Source: Tortispora ganteri
Taxonomy: Eukaryota
Assembly (NCBI GenBank): GCA_003707115.1
Contig: PPNB01000002.1
Location: forward strand, 62,001-126,000
DNA: 64,000 nt
Direction: 5' to 3'
Shown: positions 41,642-51,079 of the stretch, piece by piece
Layout of the letters: every line of letters begins with the position of its first letter
How positions within the stretch are numbered: the stretch's first letter is position 1
Made by a program: the position numbers and the translations under genes
Notes under the pieces: generated by a model
Database searches by the model: none
Seen by the model: the letters and a program-made list of their open reading frames with translations, nothing else
Told to the model about the DNA's origin: nothing

Positions 41642-43069
41642 TCAGATAGAGTTCCACAAGCATACTGAACGATCGTTATGACTAGAAATGATATACTCAG
41701 CATTTGGAGATATATCAAATGAAAATATTTTGGGCGAACTGGACTTGAGAGTTTTCAGTAAGCGGAATGACATAGCACTCCATAGCTTTATTGTACCATC
41801 GTAAGATGCAGAAGCTAGTACTGATCCGGGGTCTATATGATCCTTGTAGTTGGGTTCGGTAGGAAGATCCATCTCATTAGACGGGCAATATTTGAGGGAC
41901 GATATAATACTTTTGTGTGCTGGTAATGTAGTTAGTTGCTGTGTCTGTCGTAAGTCCCATATCTTGAGCGAGTTATCTGCTGAACCTGTTGCGATATGAA
42001 AGCCATTAGACGCGAAATCAATGGCATATATTTCGCGATTGTGACCATTAAGGATCATTACTATCTTGTCACAACGCAAATCCCAAACATATGCATGTGC
42101 GTCAAGACCAGCAGTTGCTATCAGAGACCCAGTAGGATGAAAAGATAGATCATGAACACCTTTTGAATGTCCATCTTGTTTCAATACTTGCGAGGTAGTA
42201 TTGATATCCCATAAGGACCAAGTAGAATCGTAGCTAGCTGAAGCCAAAAATTGGCCAGAGGGGTGGAACTTCACCGAGTTAACCCTTACTTTAGAGTCTT
42301 GGAAAACAGCTAGGGGATCATTCTGGGATATGTTTCGAAGAAATATCAAACCGTCTGCTGAACATGTAGCCATGCTCAACGGACTAGATGTTGAACCAAA
42401 ATCTGGGTTCCAGGAAATACCGCAGACTCTATCAGAGTGAGATTTTTGAGTAAATTCTTGTGTAGCCAAATTGTTAGGGTTCAAAAATTTTAGTTGGCCA
42501 GACCAGGATCCGATAGCAGCGAGCTTTGCGTTTGGCGATATGCTGACAGCAGCAGTAGGGCGGTCGAAGATTATCTCTGACGAATATAATGATATATTTT
42601 CAAAGGCCTTTGAAAGGTAAATTTGCATATGTTCATGATATTTTGCGGGTAACTGGGCGAAATTTGATTGTATGTTGTGGATTGCAGCTGCACGCTGAAG
42701 TGAATACCGAGCAATCGCACGACGTGTATCTGTCAGCAAGGGAACTCCCTTAGATCGAGTTTGTTTTTGCGGTAATTTTGAAGTATCTAAAGATATTGAA
42801 GGTTCAGGAAGAGATATTTTGTTGTCTAAAAGGAAATTGGCTAGTCTTTCACGACGATCGCTACGGTCCTCGCCATCAAGAACCGGAGGGAGATTGAGCG
42901 ACTTGAGGGCATCACGAACGTCGATATCGTTTGTTGGTACATAGAGAAGTCGAAGTGCCTTTTTACGTTCTATTTCGGCATTGAATGCATCTAATTGTTG
43001 AGATTCGCTTGTAGGAATAAGTGGAGCTCTAGTTTCAAGATCATTGTATGTGATCGAATCATCTGTCAT
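41642..43069 (-). CDS. PRP4: U4/U6 snRNP WD40 protein Prp4
   Basis: SFM motif VPTNDIDVRDAL...GEDRSDRRERL followed by WD40 repeats (FHPSGQFLASASYDSTWSLWD, QDGHSKGV). Confidence 0.93.
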   Translation of the reverse strand: MTDDSITYNDLETRAPLIPTSESQQLDAFNAEIERKKALRLLYVPTNDIDVRDALKSLNLPPVLDGEDRSDRRERLANFLLDNKISLPEPSISLDTSKLPQKQTRSKGVPLLTDTRRAIARYSLQRAAAIHNIQSNFAQLPAKYHEHMQIYLSKAFENISLYSSEIIFDRPTAAVSISPNAKLAAIGSWSGQLKFLNPNNLATQEFTQKSHSDRVCGISWNPDFGSTSSPLSMATCSADGLIFLRNISQNDPLAVFQDSKVRVNSVKFHPSGQFLASASYDSTWSLWDINTTSQVLKQDGHSKGVHDLSFHPTGSLIATAGLDAHAYVWDLRCDKIVMILNGHNREIYAIDFASNGFHIATGSADNSLKIWDLRQTQQLTTLPAHKSIISSLKYCPSNEMDLPTEPNYKDHIDPGSVLASASYDGTIKLWSAMSFRLLKTLKSSSPKIFSFDISPNAEYIISSHNDRSVCLWNSI

Positions 43070-43219
43070 CGGTGCCAGAAGTTAAGTTGGGTAACCTTGT
43101 AGCGAATGAAGGAAGTTGCACACCAGAATACGACAAAGCAGATAATTTATCACTGTCACATTAATCAAAACATCTCAAAAACGATTTAGGTTTAACGATT
43201 AGCTATTGAATATAGAATT

Positions 43220-43888
43220 ATGGTAAACTTCACTGAATCACTAGAATATACGGCCCCTGGTCTTATCATTCTTCCGCAAACACCCCAACTGATTGGCCTT
43301 TACACCAAGATAAGGGATATCGGTACTGGTCGAAACGAGTTCGTCTTCTGTTCTAATAGGATTATCCGTCTTTTGGTAGAGGAAGGATTGAACCATTTGC
43401 CCACGAAAGCGCACACAGTGACCACACCTACGGGCGAAACTTACGACGGCTTATCATTTGAGGGAAAGATATGTGGTGTTAGTATCATGCGCGCAGGCGA
43501 AAGTATGGAAATGGGACTACGTGATTGCTGTAGATCAGTGCGTATCGGCAAAATACTCATACAGCGAAATGAAGAAACTGCTCAGCCTACTCTTTATTAT
43601 GACAAACTGCCAGATGATATCAGTTTAAGATATGTAATGCTGCTAGATCCCATGCTGGCTACAGGAGGATCTGCGGGAATGGCCATCGAGGTGCTCAAAG
43701 AGCGCGGCGTCCCTGAAGATCATATAATTTTTCTCAACTTGATTTCATGTCCTGAAGGAATAAAATATATTCTTAACAAGTTTCCAAACATCAAACTGGT
43801 CACCGGATTCATTGATAAGGGACTTAACGACAAAAGCTATATAACACCCGGTTTGGGCGATTTTGGTGACCGCTATTATTGCACCTAA
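43220..43888 (+). CDS. FUR1: Uracil phosphoribosyltransferase
   Basis: RIIRLLVEEGLNHLP, GVSIMRAGESME, LLDPMLATGGS and YITPGLGDFGDRYY. Confidence 0.97.
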   Translation: MVNFTESLEYTAPGLIILPQTPQLIGLYTKIRDIGTGRNEFVFCSNRIIRLLVEEGLNHLPTKAHTVTTPTGETYDGLSFEGKICGVSIMRAGESMEMGLRDCCRSVRIGKILIQRNEETAQPTLYYDKLPDDISLRYVMLLDPMLATGGSAGMAIEVLKERGVPEDHIIFLNLISCPEGIKYILNKFPNIKLVTGFIDKGLNDKSYITPGLGDFGDRYYCT

Positions 43889-44149
43889 TTGCACCTAAAC
43901 TTATCTATCTTATTCATAAACCATTTAAAAAATACTTTTCCGATTTTATTTTATTTTAGTTTATTTAGTTTATTTCTATCTAACCAAACCTGCAACGTCG
44001 ATCACGTTAGGCGCTTGTCTTCCCCGTCGCGCCCACAATCTCCTGGTACGCAGCTAGAAAACCTTATTAGCAATTTAACTTTTTTTTCATACAATCCTCG
44101 AAACACGTACACCGTACTGAACTTCTTTTCTACTATCATCTCTTATGCA

Positions 44150-45115
44150 ATGATACCGCTAATTGTGCTTCTAATTTTAATATTAGCTGCTTTATTAGCC
44201 ATTTATATTTTGGTACTGGTACTTGCGCATCGACCCGCTCTATACTCTGAAGAGGAACGGCGGTATCGTACATATGCCACTGCATTAAAACCAGCAAAAG
44301 ACCTTCCGCGTGCCCCTGAATTGTCGGATCCTGCCTCATTAGAGCTATCCCTTGTCATACCCTGTTACAATGAGCAAGATAGATTGCCGCCCATGCTCGA
44401 CGAAGCACTCCCGATCCTTATTGACACATTTGGTTCTTCATGGGAGATTCTCATAATAGATGACGATTCTCAAGATAGTACCGTCAAAATAGCTCTAGAT
44501 TGGGCTAAGAAACATATAATTGACCCTGAAATGTTTCGCATAATTCATCTTAACAAAAATCGCGGCAAAGGTGGTGCAGTTATCCATGGAATGCATTGCA
44601 CACGTGGATCTAAGACTATTTTCGCAGACGCAGACGGGGCCTCGAAATTCTCGGATATCTTAAAACTTCTCAAAGCTCTACAGGATCAAGGAAACTCGGG
44701 ACTTGCTATAGGCTCACGTGCTCACCTTGTAAAATCTGAGGCTGTCGTCAAACGCTCCTGGATAAGAAACTTGCTGATGTACGGCCTGCATACCCTACTT
44801 TACGTCTTCGGTATACGCCATATTGCAGATACTCAATGTGGGTTTAAATTATTCTCAAGAGACGCTGCTCAAAAAATATTTCCCGCAATGCATATTGAAC
44901 GTTGGATCTTTGACGTCGAAATATTAATATTGGCCCAGCGTCTGTCGCTTCCTACAGTTGAGGTGCCCATAAGCTGGCACGAGGTTCCCGGTAGTAAAAT
45001 TGACCTCGCAAGAGATTCTATACAAATGGCTGCTGACTTGGTACTAATTAGATTGGCTTATGCATTCGGAATATATCGTGACGACGCGGCTGAGTTGATA
45101 GCAAAACGCAAGTAA
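44150..45115 (+). CDS. ALG5: Dolichyl-phosphate beta-glucosyltransferase (GT2)
   Basis: N-terminal TM, SLVIPCYNEQDRL, NRGKGGAV, FADADGASKF, DTQCGFKLF and WIFDVE. First ATG at 44150; the track start at 43889 is TTG. Confidence 0.95.
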   Translation: MIPLIVLLILILAALLAIYILVLVLAHRPALYSEEERRYRTYATALKPAKDLPRAPELSDPASLELSLVIPCYNEQDRLPPMLDEALPILIDTFGSSWEILIIDDDSQDSTVKIALDWAKKHIIDPEMFRIIHLNKNRGKGGAVIHGMHCTRGSKTIFADADGASKFSDILKLLKALQDQGNSGLAIGSRAHLVKSEAVVKRSWIRNLLMYGLHTLLYVFGIRHIADTQCGFKLFSRDAAQKIFPAMHIERWIFDVEILILAQRLSLPTVEVPISWHEVPGSKIDLARDSIQMAADLVLIRLAYAFGIYRDDAAELIAKRK

Positions 45116-45223
45116 TATTTTTTTACTTTTATCGATTCTACAATAACCTTTCCCGCAATCTCGAAACACACCATGCAGATTTGACATGTTTAACACTTTT
45201 AACGAGACTCTACTCATGTATAC

Positions 45224-45949
45224 CTACAACAATCCCTTTCGTCTTTCCTTCTGTGATGGCGCAGCTGCTTTGCCAGCTAAAATGTCGGTCATGACCAGTT
45301 GGTCTGCCTCTACTCGACGTGGACTATAAGATAACACTTTCTCTACCCACGTACTGGCCCCGTTTTCTACTCTCTCAGCATCGAGCTTGGGTGCGACTCT
45401 GTCGATAGAAGGCAGCACAGCCACACCGTTCTCGTCTCCTATTATCCAGTCGCCTGGATATACGAGACCTCCGTCCGAGGTGAGCACTGGACCTTCGTTA
45501 ATCTGCACAACTTTTACAGCCGGTGCAGGTGCCGCAATTCCAACACCGCGACTCATTATGCTATAATTAAATTTCGCACTGGCATTTCTCTGTTCGTCTA
45601 TGTCCCTAATGAATCCATCTATTACTGCCCCTTTGGCCCCAAGGTATCCCGCTCTCGTAGCCATAAGTCCACCAAATATAGCATTGCGTACACCCTTTGG
45701 AGATGTTAACACTAGCACAGAATCTTTTGGAACAGAATCAATATACGAGCCCTTAACTGCAGGCCGAGGATCGTCTTTAGCCGCGTATTCCACGACGTAC
45801 GCAGGGCCAGCGAAGTTCAGCGGCTTGCTGCCAGAAACGTGTCGAAGTCCCGCTGCGAGCAATCCGCCATCTGAAAATCCAACGGTCGCCGCAAGTCCAT
45901 CGGCAATATCACACGGAGATAAATTCTCAAGCACTTTACGCACATTCAT
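45224..45949 (-). CDS. RraA-like / 4-hydroxy-4-methyl-2-oxoglutarate aldolase family protein (YER010C-like)
   Basis: SPCDIADGL, AIFGGLMATRA..LGAKGAVIDGFIRDIDE and VYPGDWIIGDENGV motifs. Confidence 0.88.
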   Translation of the reverse strand: MNVRKVLENLSPCDIADGLAATVGFSDGGLLAAGLRHVSGSKPLNFAGPAYVVEYAAKDDPRPAVKGSYIDSVPKDSVLVLTSPKGVRNAIFGGLMATRAGYLGAKGAVIDGFIRDIDEQRNASAKFNYSIMSRGVGIAAPAPAVKVVQINEGPVLTSDGGLVYPGDWIIGDENGVAVLPSIDRVAPKLDAERVENGASTWVEKVLSYSPRRVEADQLVMTDILAGKAAAPSQKERRKGLL

Positions 45950-46017
45950 TTGGTTTCGTCGCTGTTTAAGTGGCTAAGTTACGGTCTGCTGCCAAGTCGA
46001 GGCAAAAATCTGGGGTC

Positions 46018-46025
46018 GTCACGTG
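46018..46025. promoter_or_regulatory. GTCACGTG E-box (Cbf1/Tye7-type bHLH site) in the short promoter of the RraA-like gene
   Basis: Exact RTCACGTG in the 125-bp spacer, about 70 bp upstream of the ATG at 45949. Confidence 0.4.
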
Positions 46026-46074
46026 ATTTACATGAAATACGAAAAAAAAAAATGTTTCGTTCCTATGAAAACAG

Positions 46075-48378
46075 TCAAGTTTCTGGCAGAATAGATATGA
46101 GGTAATCAAGGTCATGATTCCTGCCACTAAGAATATTCCACTCTGTTTCGGCAATATCGCGCAACGAATCGGCTATAGACTGGAACGTCTGAACGCCTGA
46201 CTCTTCCAACAGATTGAAATCAATATTCGGCACCTCCACTGATGGCTCGGTATTATGGTCGATTTCAAAATAACGTCCGTTTGAGTACCCTATTTCTCCT
46301 AAAGGACGTTCAACCTTCGGGAAAATAGGAGAGGTCAATATGAACTTCAAAATATTCGCAAAATACTTGGAAATATGATATGAATCAATATATTGCTCGC
46401 TCAATGCCTTAGAACATTTACGCAACAGCGCAAGTGATTGAGAGAGAGTCTCTTCTGAAGCCGGGAACATCAATGTTTTTACCAAAAATATACAGCCACT
46501 TGTAATCCTTAAAAATGCCTTTGCTGGCACATAACTCAACATCTTTTCAGAGGCAAACTCGGCCAGGGCAATAAAGAGAATTTGCCTAGCAGCTTCACGA
46601 ATTTCTGCAATTAGCTTTGATATAAATGTCATGTCTCTTTGGCCTCCGTTACTTCCAGAGTGCAATTGGCTGTCCACATCCATGCCCTCCATAATAAACT
46701 GCAGGGCTATTGAGTTCCCGTACATTCTTGTGTAATGCAATTCAATCAGCGCCATATAAGATAGTGGCACTTTGTGTTGAATTTTGCTAAACTCATCAAA
46801 CCAGGCGGTAAGAGAAGCATTGAAGTGCTCTAAGATAGGTGCAGTCCCTTCCTCGATTGAACGCATACTCGAATGCACAGCAATTTGCTCCTTAAACGTC
46901 TTGCAAATTGCTCCAAGTCTTATAAGTGCCACAGTAATATCTATGCGCGATTTCTCGTGGCCCCCAAGCGTGCCGCAACGGCTGTCGGTAAGGACGGTGG
47001 ACGACATGTTCATAGGGACCATTGACGGCCACCCTAGTCTTATGCTAAACTGATCAAAATATATATAAAGCAAAACAGCGATACTCTTTCGCCTTCGGTG
47101 ATCACCATGAACCAAACGAGCCATATAGGTGGGTGTGTTCTGAGGAGCCTTATTCGGATTAACAACACCAAGTTCATGTGCCAATGTGATAGCCAGTCCT
47201 AAAAACATCCAGCTCATGCGATCCGAGCAAAATGTAGAGCTTCTGACAGTCTTTACAGAATATTGTAGTGTATATGAGTCGGTATTGTCGACGGTTTTAT
47301 TTGGAGACTCGCCAAACAAATCGGGCTGAAGATGTATAGCTGTAGGATGCCATTCGCAGAGAAGTAATAAACCTTCAATAGTTCCGAGCGATCTGAGCTT
47401 TTCATGGTTGACGTATGTGCCATATAAAACATTATCTATAAGCTTCTTTGTATTTTCCCAGATGTTTTCGTGTTTGTAGCGCGCTGAGCGGAGTTTTGGG
47501 TGATATCGAGAAGATATGGTTAGGATTGCGCCACATAGGATAGGTTCATAATCTATGAGGTCAGAGTGATTAGCAGGATTTGCATAGTGTAAACAACAAG
47601 CATGCGTAAACGGTTGCAAGGTTTCAAAAAAAAATGTGACGTATTCAAACGCATCTTGCGCTGATACAGCCCCGGAAGTAACAAACCACGATTTTTCCCA
47701 TATGCGCTTGTAATCTTCAATCGATTTCCCAATTAATGACCTGTCAAAGTCAGTTCTCCAATAGCTAAAACACTTTTCTATTGAGGTCACGGGCTCGATG
47801 TTTCCAGCCGCCGCGTCCACATCAGTGTCCGGAGAGAGCGAAGAAAGTGCTTGCTGCGACACGTCAAGTAGCAGATCCAAGGCATCCCTTGAGTTAGACA
47901 CTCTCGTATTCAATAGTCTTCGCCTTGACAAAGTATCAAAATCGCCAAGGTCATGTCGAGATTCGTTCTGCTCTGCATTGGTTTCAATTAAAGAGACGTC
48001 ATGAGAGCCATCTAACCGATCCGTTCCGTAAGATAAGTCTGCCCGACCGTGACTAGGGTGCGAATAGCTAAGATTAGTCGAACTTGATCGCCTTGATGTA
48101 GATCCAATTTGGTCGCTTGCAGAAGTGGCTACAGATTTCTTGATCCAGTCGTCAATGCCCATACCACCGCCACGTGAGCGTCCTTCCACAATGCAATCTT
48201 GGTTGAACTTTTGGCATCGCTTGCATGGCGGGCCGTGAGGAGCTGCAACAGGTCCCATGTCGCACCTGAGCTTCAATGAGCGACATTTTACACAAGCCTG
48301 TATGCCACGAATGTTTTTGCTTCGTTTACGAGGTTTACTGGGTTGTGATTTGGACTCGATTTTCAATTTCGAGGCCAT
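46075..48378 (-). CDS. ARO80: Zn(II)2Cys6 transcription factor, Aro80-like
   Basis: CVKCRSLKLRCDMGPVAAPHGPPCKRC cluster with the Aro80-type long loop; LRSLGTIEGLLLLCEWHP and SDRMSWMFLGLA. Confidence 0.75.
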   Translation of the reverse strand: MASKLKIESKSQPSKPRKRSKNIRGIQACVKCRSLKLRCDMGPVAAPHGPPCKRCQKFNQDCIVEGRSRGGGMGIDDWIKKSVATSASDQIGSTSRRSSSTNLSYSHPSHGRADLSYGTDRLDGSHDVSLIETNAEQNESRHDLGDFDTLSRRRLLNTRVSNSRDALDLLLDVSQQALSSLSPDTDVDAAAGNIEPVTSIEKCFSYWRTDFDRSLIGKSIEDYKRIWEKSWFVTSGAVSAQDAFEYVTFFFETLQPFTHACCLHYANPANHSDLIDYEPILCGAILTISSRYHPKLRSARYKHENIWENTKKLIDNVLYGTYVNHEKLRSLGTIEGLLLLCEWHPTAIHLQPDLFGESPNKTVDNTDSYTLQYSVKTVRSSTFCSDRMSWMFLGLAITLAHELGVVNPNKAPQNTPTYMARLVHGDHRRRKSIAVLLYIYFDQFSIRLGWPSMVPMNMSSTVLTDSRCGTLGGHEKSRIDITVALIRLGAICKTFKEQIAVHSSMRSIEEGTAPILEHFNASLTAWFDEFSKIQHKVPLSYMALIELHYTRMYGNSIALQFIMEGMDVDSQLHSGSNGGQRDMTFISKLIAEIREAARQILFIALAEFASEKMLSYVPAKAFLRITSGCIFLVKTLMFPASEETLSQSLALLRKCSKALSEQYIDSYHISKYFANILKFILTSPIFPKVERPLGEIGYSNGRYFEIDHNTEPSVEVPNIDFNLLEESGVQTFQSIADSLRDIAETEWNILSGRNHDLDYLISILPET

Positions 48379-50050
48379 CTCTTGACACTAACCGAAAAAC
48401 TATGCCAACCAACAGCTAGATTAGTATGTGAATAAGCTGTTGTTTGTGAATTAGGTGTATTAATATAATTAATAGCCACTCAACCGAGAAGTATAACCAC
48501 CTGAAAAAAAAAGGATTGTGTGATTTCGAACGTATTTAAGGCTCGGTTAGTAATTGTCGGTATTGTGTATCGAGGGGGGTTATGCACTTCAACCTCATCG
48601 AATGTAGTTGGGAGATTTATACCGGACATTCAGTGGCATCGGATTAGCCACATTAGTGAGTCATCTCAGTCTATATGTCGCTAAAGCATTATATTTATTG
48701 ATTTATAACTGTTACATAATGTTTGCAAGACTATGTGGCAAATATTAAGCTTGAGCAAGCATTTTGTAGTTGGTTGAGAATCAATCTAGTATTGATCGCA
48801 AGCCGGTCAAACACTATTCGAGATTTCGGTGGAAGTTTTCCCAGTATAAACACTATTGACATTCTATAAGCATTTTCAATACTATTTTACTTGGATATGA
48901 TTTTATTTAATTTAATAATTGCTTAATTAATTGATTAACCACTTAAATATGGCATATCTTGCGAGCGGCTCGTCAGGTCTGCAGTTAGAAAGTGGGCTAT
49001 CACAAAATAGTTCCAGATCTCAATCATAGTTAGCGATTCTTCTCAGCAGCTTCAACAATTGGACAGCAAACTTAAATTTTAGCAAAAGTCTAGACACGAT
49101 TCCAAAATTTACATGACTTACGCAGCCTATGCCAAGGGTATGGCGCCATATTTGGTATTTCACACAAACTTGCAGCTCGTGAAACAACGGAATGCGGACG
49201 CTAGCTCTACTATGACCGCAGACATTCGTTGTTTGCGAACACTGCTAAAATTGAGTATCAGCTTGATCGCGTGACCTGATGAGCATGGAACTAAAGTTAG
49301 GAATCACTGTCATTTCTCCATATTCAGTGCAGTCTGCATCTTTCTTGAGCACATGCCATCCTGTCGACACAGCAGCGTGCTATTGGTATCAGTTAAATGA
49401 AAAGGCAAACTTTAATGACGATCAGTTTAAGTTTGCCTGGTGGAGATTCCGAACCTTCAATCGCCTTTAATACCGATTATAGCCAAATATACAGCAGACT
49501 TATATTAGCTTGGAAAATATTATTTGGATGTTTATTGGCTGCAGCGATGGTCTTTTACATTTAACTAATGCGCACTTATCGCTATATTCATCTAGCGATC
49601 CTGCAATCGCGGCTCAATATAGTAGACTCGATCACTTGCTAGTTTCAACGGCTGCCTGCGGAAGTTACGTTACGAACAGTCCAATTATTATTCATCGTTT
49701 TTGGTGTTGCTTAAGAGTCTCTTATCCTTTCGAAACATTAAGTCTGGACCGCTGAGAATGTAAACTCCCATGTCTTGTGAGCATCTTGGCAATGTGGCTT
49801 TTAAAATTAAACTTATCAAAAGTCATTGTTTTACTGAGTTTGCTGCTATTTGTCATATTAAGTTCAGCTAGAAAATATGTAGTATCGCCCACCTTGTATT
49901 CAACCAGTACAGATAGGTAGAATGCAACAAAAGACGTCGAAGATTTCTACGAAATATGCCATTCAGTTTGAATCTTAAGACATTGACTCTCTCGCGTGTA
50001 CATACCATTGAGAAACTATATTTGATCGGCGGCAATATCGTGTTTGCTGC

Positions 50051-50285
50051 TCATGCTTCCGCTCTAACCTTATGACGTGCGTATGTACGCCGCTACTATG
50101 AGCTTCTGAGCATTTCGATAAAACTTTACTCTGCCCACATATAACTTTATGTTGTTCCGGCCGGGCTTCACGCTTCCGCTCAAACCGGATGACATGCGGT
50201 ATGCACACCAATAGAATGAGATTCCTGGGTTTCGATAAAAGTTTAGCCGCATACGCAATAGTTAAACCTTGTTCTTTTTCGGGCT
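50051..50285. repeat. Two diverged tandem copies of a ~117-bp unit
   Basis: Units start at 50051 (TCATGCTTCCGCTCTAACC) and 50168 (TCACGCTTCCGCTCAAACC); both contain ATGAG, TTTCGATAAAA and TTGTTC, and end in CGGGCT. Confidence 0.8.
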
Positions 50286-50997
50286 TTGTGCGGCTAACTA
50301 ATCCCGTTTATTCGCTCCATACCTGCGTAGCGTATTTCTCTCTTGTAATGTCATGCAGGTACCGACAGGTGGTCGCTTTCACTGATATTGTAAATCATTT
50401 GTATGTTTGTATATTCAGTAGTTTTATGCACTATGTTATTCTGCAACTGTGCAATTTATAGACTAGACAATACAAACACCGTATACCGAATCTTTATGGC
50501 TCCCGAAAATTTTACCCTTATAAGATTGTTCCACCACAAATTAAGTTTTTTAACAGTCAGTACTGTCAGTATTAATTCGTAAGCTTGAATTTACTGATGG
50601 GATGATAACTCAATTTTCTTCAAAAGGGATTAATATCCATAAAACTGGTGCATTATATACAATGTAATACATACATTCTAGTCACTGCTGTACGCCTTTA
50701 TTCCTTTTAATAGGAGGTTCAGTCCAAGGATATCCGACACTTCATTAGAAATGCATGCAGATTCATGAACTTCTAGAAGCCCACCTTAGCCCACTAAAAC
50801 TGTGTTACGAATCAAGATTGCGATATTTGCGGACTTATTCGATAATCAGAGAATAACGTTTATAGAATACTGTCGTAAATGAGTTTAATTAAGTATTAAC
50901 AACAGTAATACCTTATAATATCAAAAAATTCTACCTCTGGTGGGCTTACGCTATCAATTCCGGCTTCATATTACCGAAACGGAGAAAAAAGAATACA

Positions 50998-51005
50998 TAT
51001 ATAAA
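50998..51005 (+). promoter_or_regulatory. TATA box of the adhesin gene
   Basis: TATATAAA about 75 bp upstream of the ATG at 51080. Confidence 0.55.
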
Positions 51006-51079
51006 CATGTTTATTCGTCAATTAATCCTGAGATCCTTCCAATATAGAAAAAATTCGTATAGAATCCTAATAACACGGT

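Noticed and set aside
43637..43660. Possible alternative yeast genetic code (CUG-Ser/Ala)
   Set aside because: CTG codons occupy invariant Leu positions in FUR1 LLDPMLATG, supporting the standard code.
43889..44149. 87-aa TTG-initiated N-terminal extension of ALG5 in the ORF track
   Set aside because: Non-ATG start immediately after the FUR1 stop; low-complexity terminator-like DNA; Alg5 starts naturally at the TM segment after ATG 44150. Kept only as a read-through hypothesis.
48880..48950. Very AT-rich tract as centromere or replication origin
   Set aside because: Short, with no CDEI/CDEIII-like flanks or long inverted repeats; cannot be supported from sequence alone.
50051..50285. ~117-bp unit as a dispersed 5S rRNA copy or pseudogene
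   Set aside because: Length is similar and the minus strand has a faint TGCGGC...GAAA resemblance, but the internal box A/box C sequences and terminal stem are absent.
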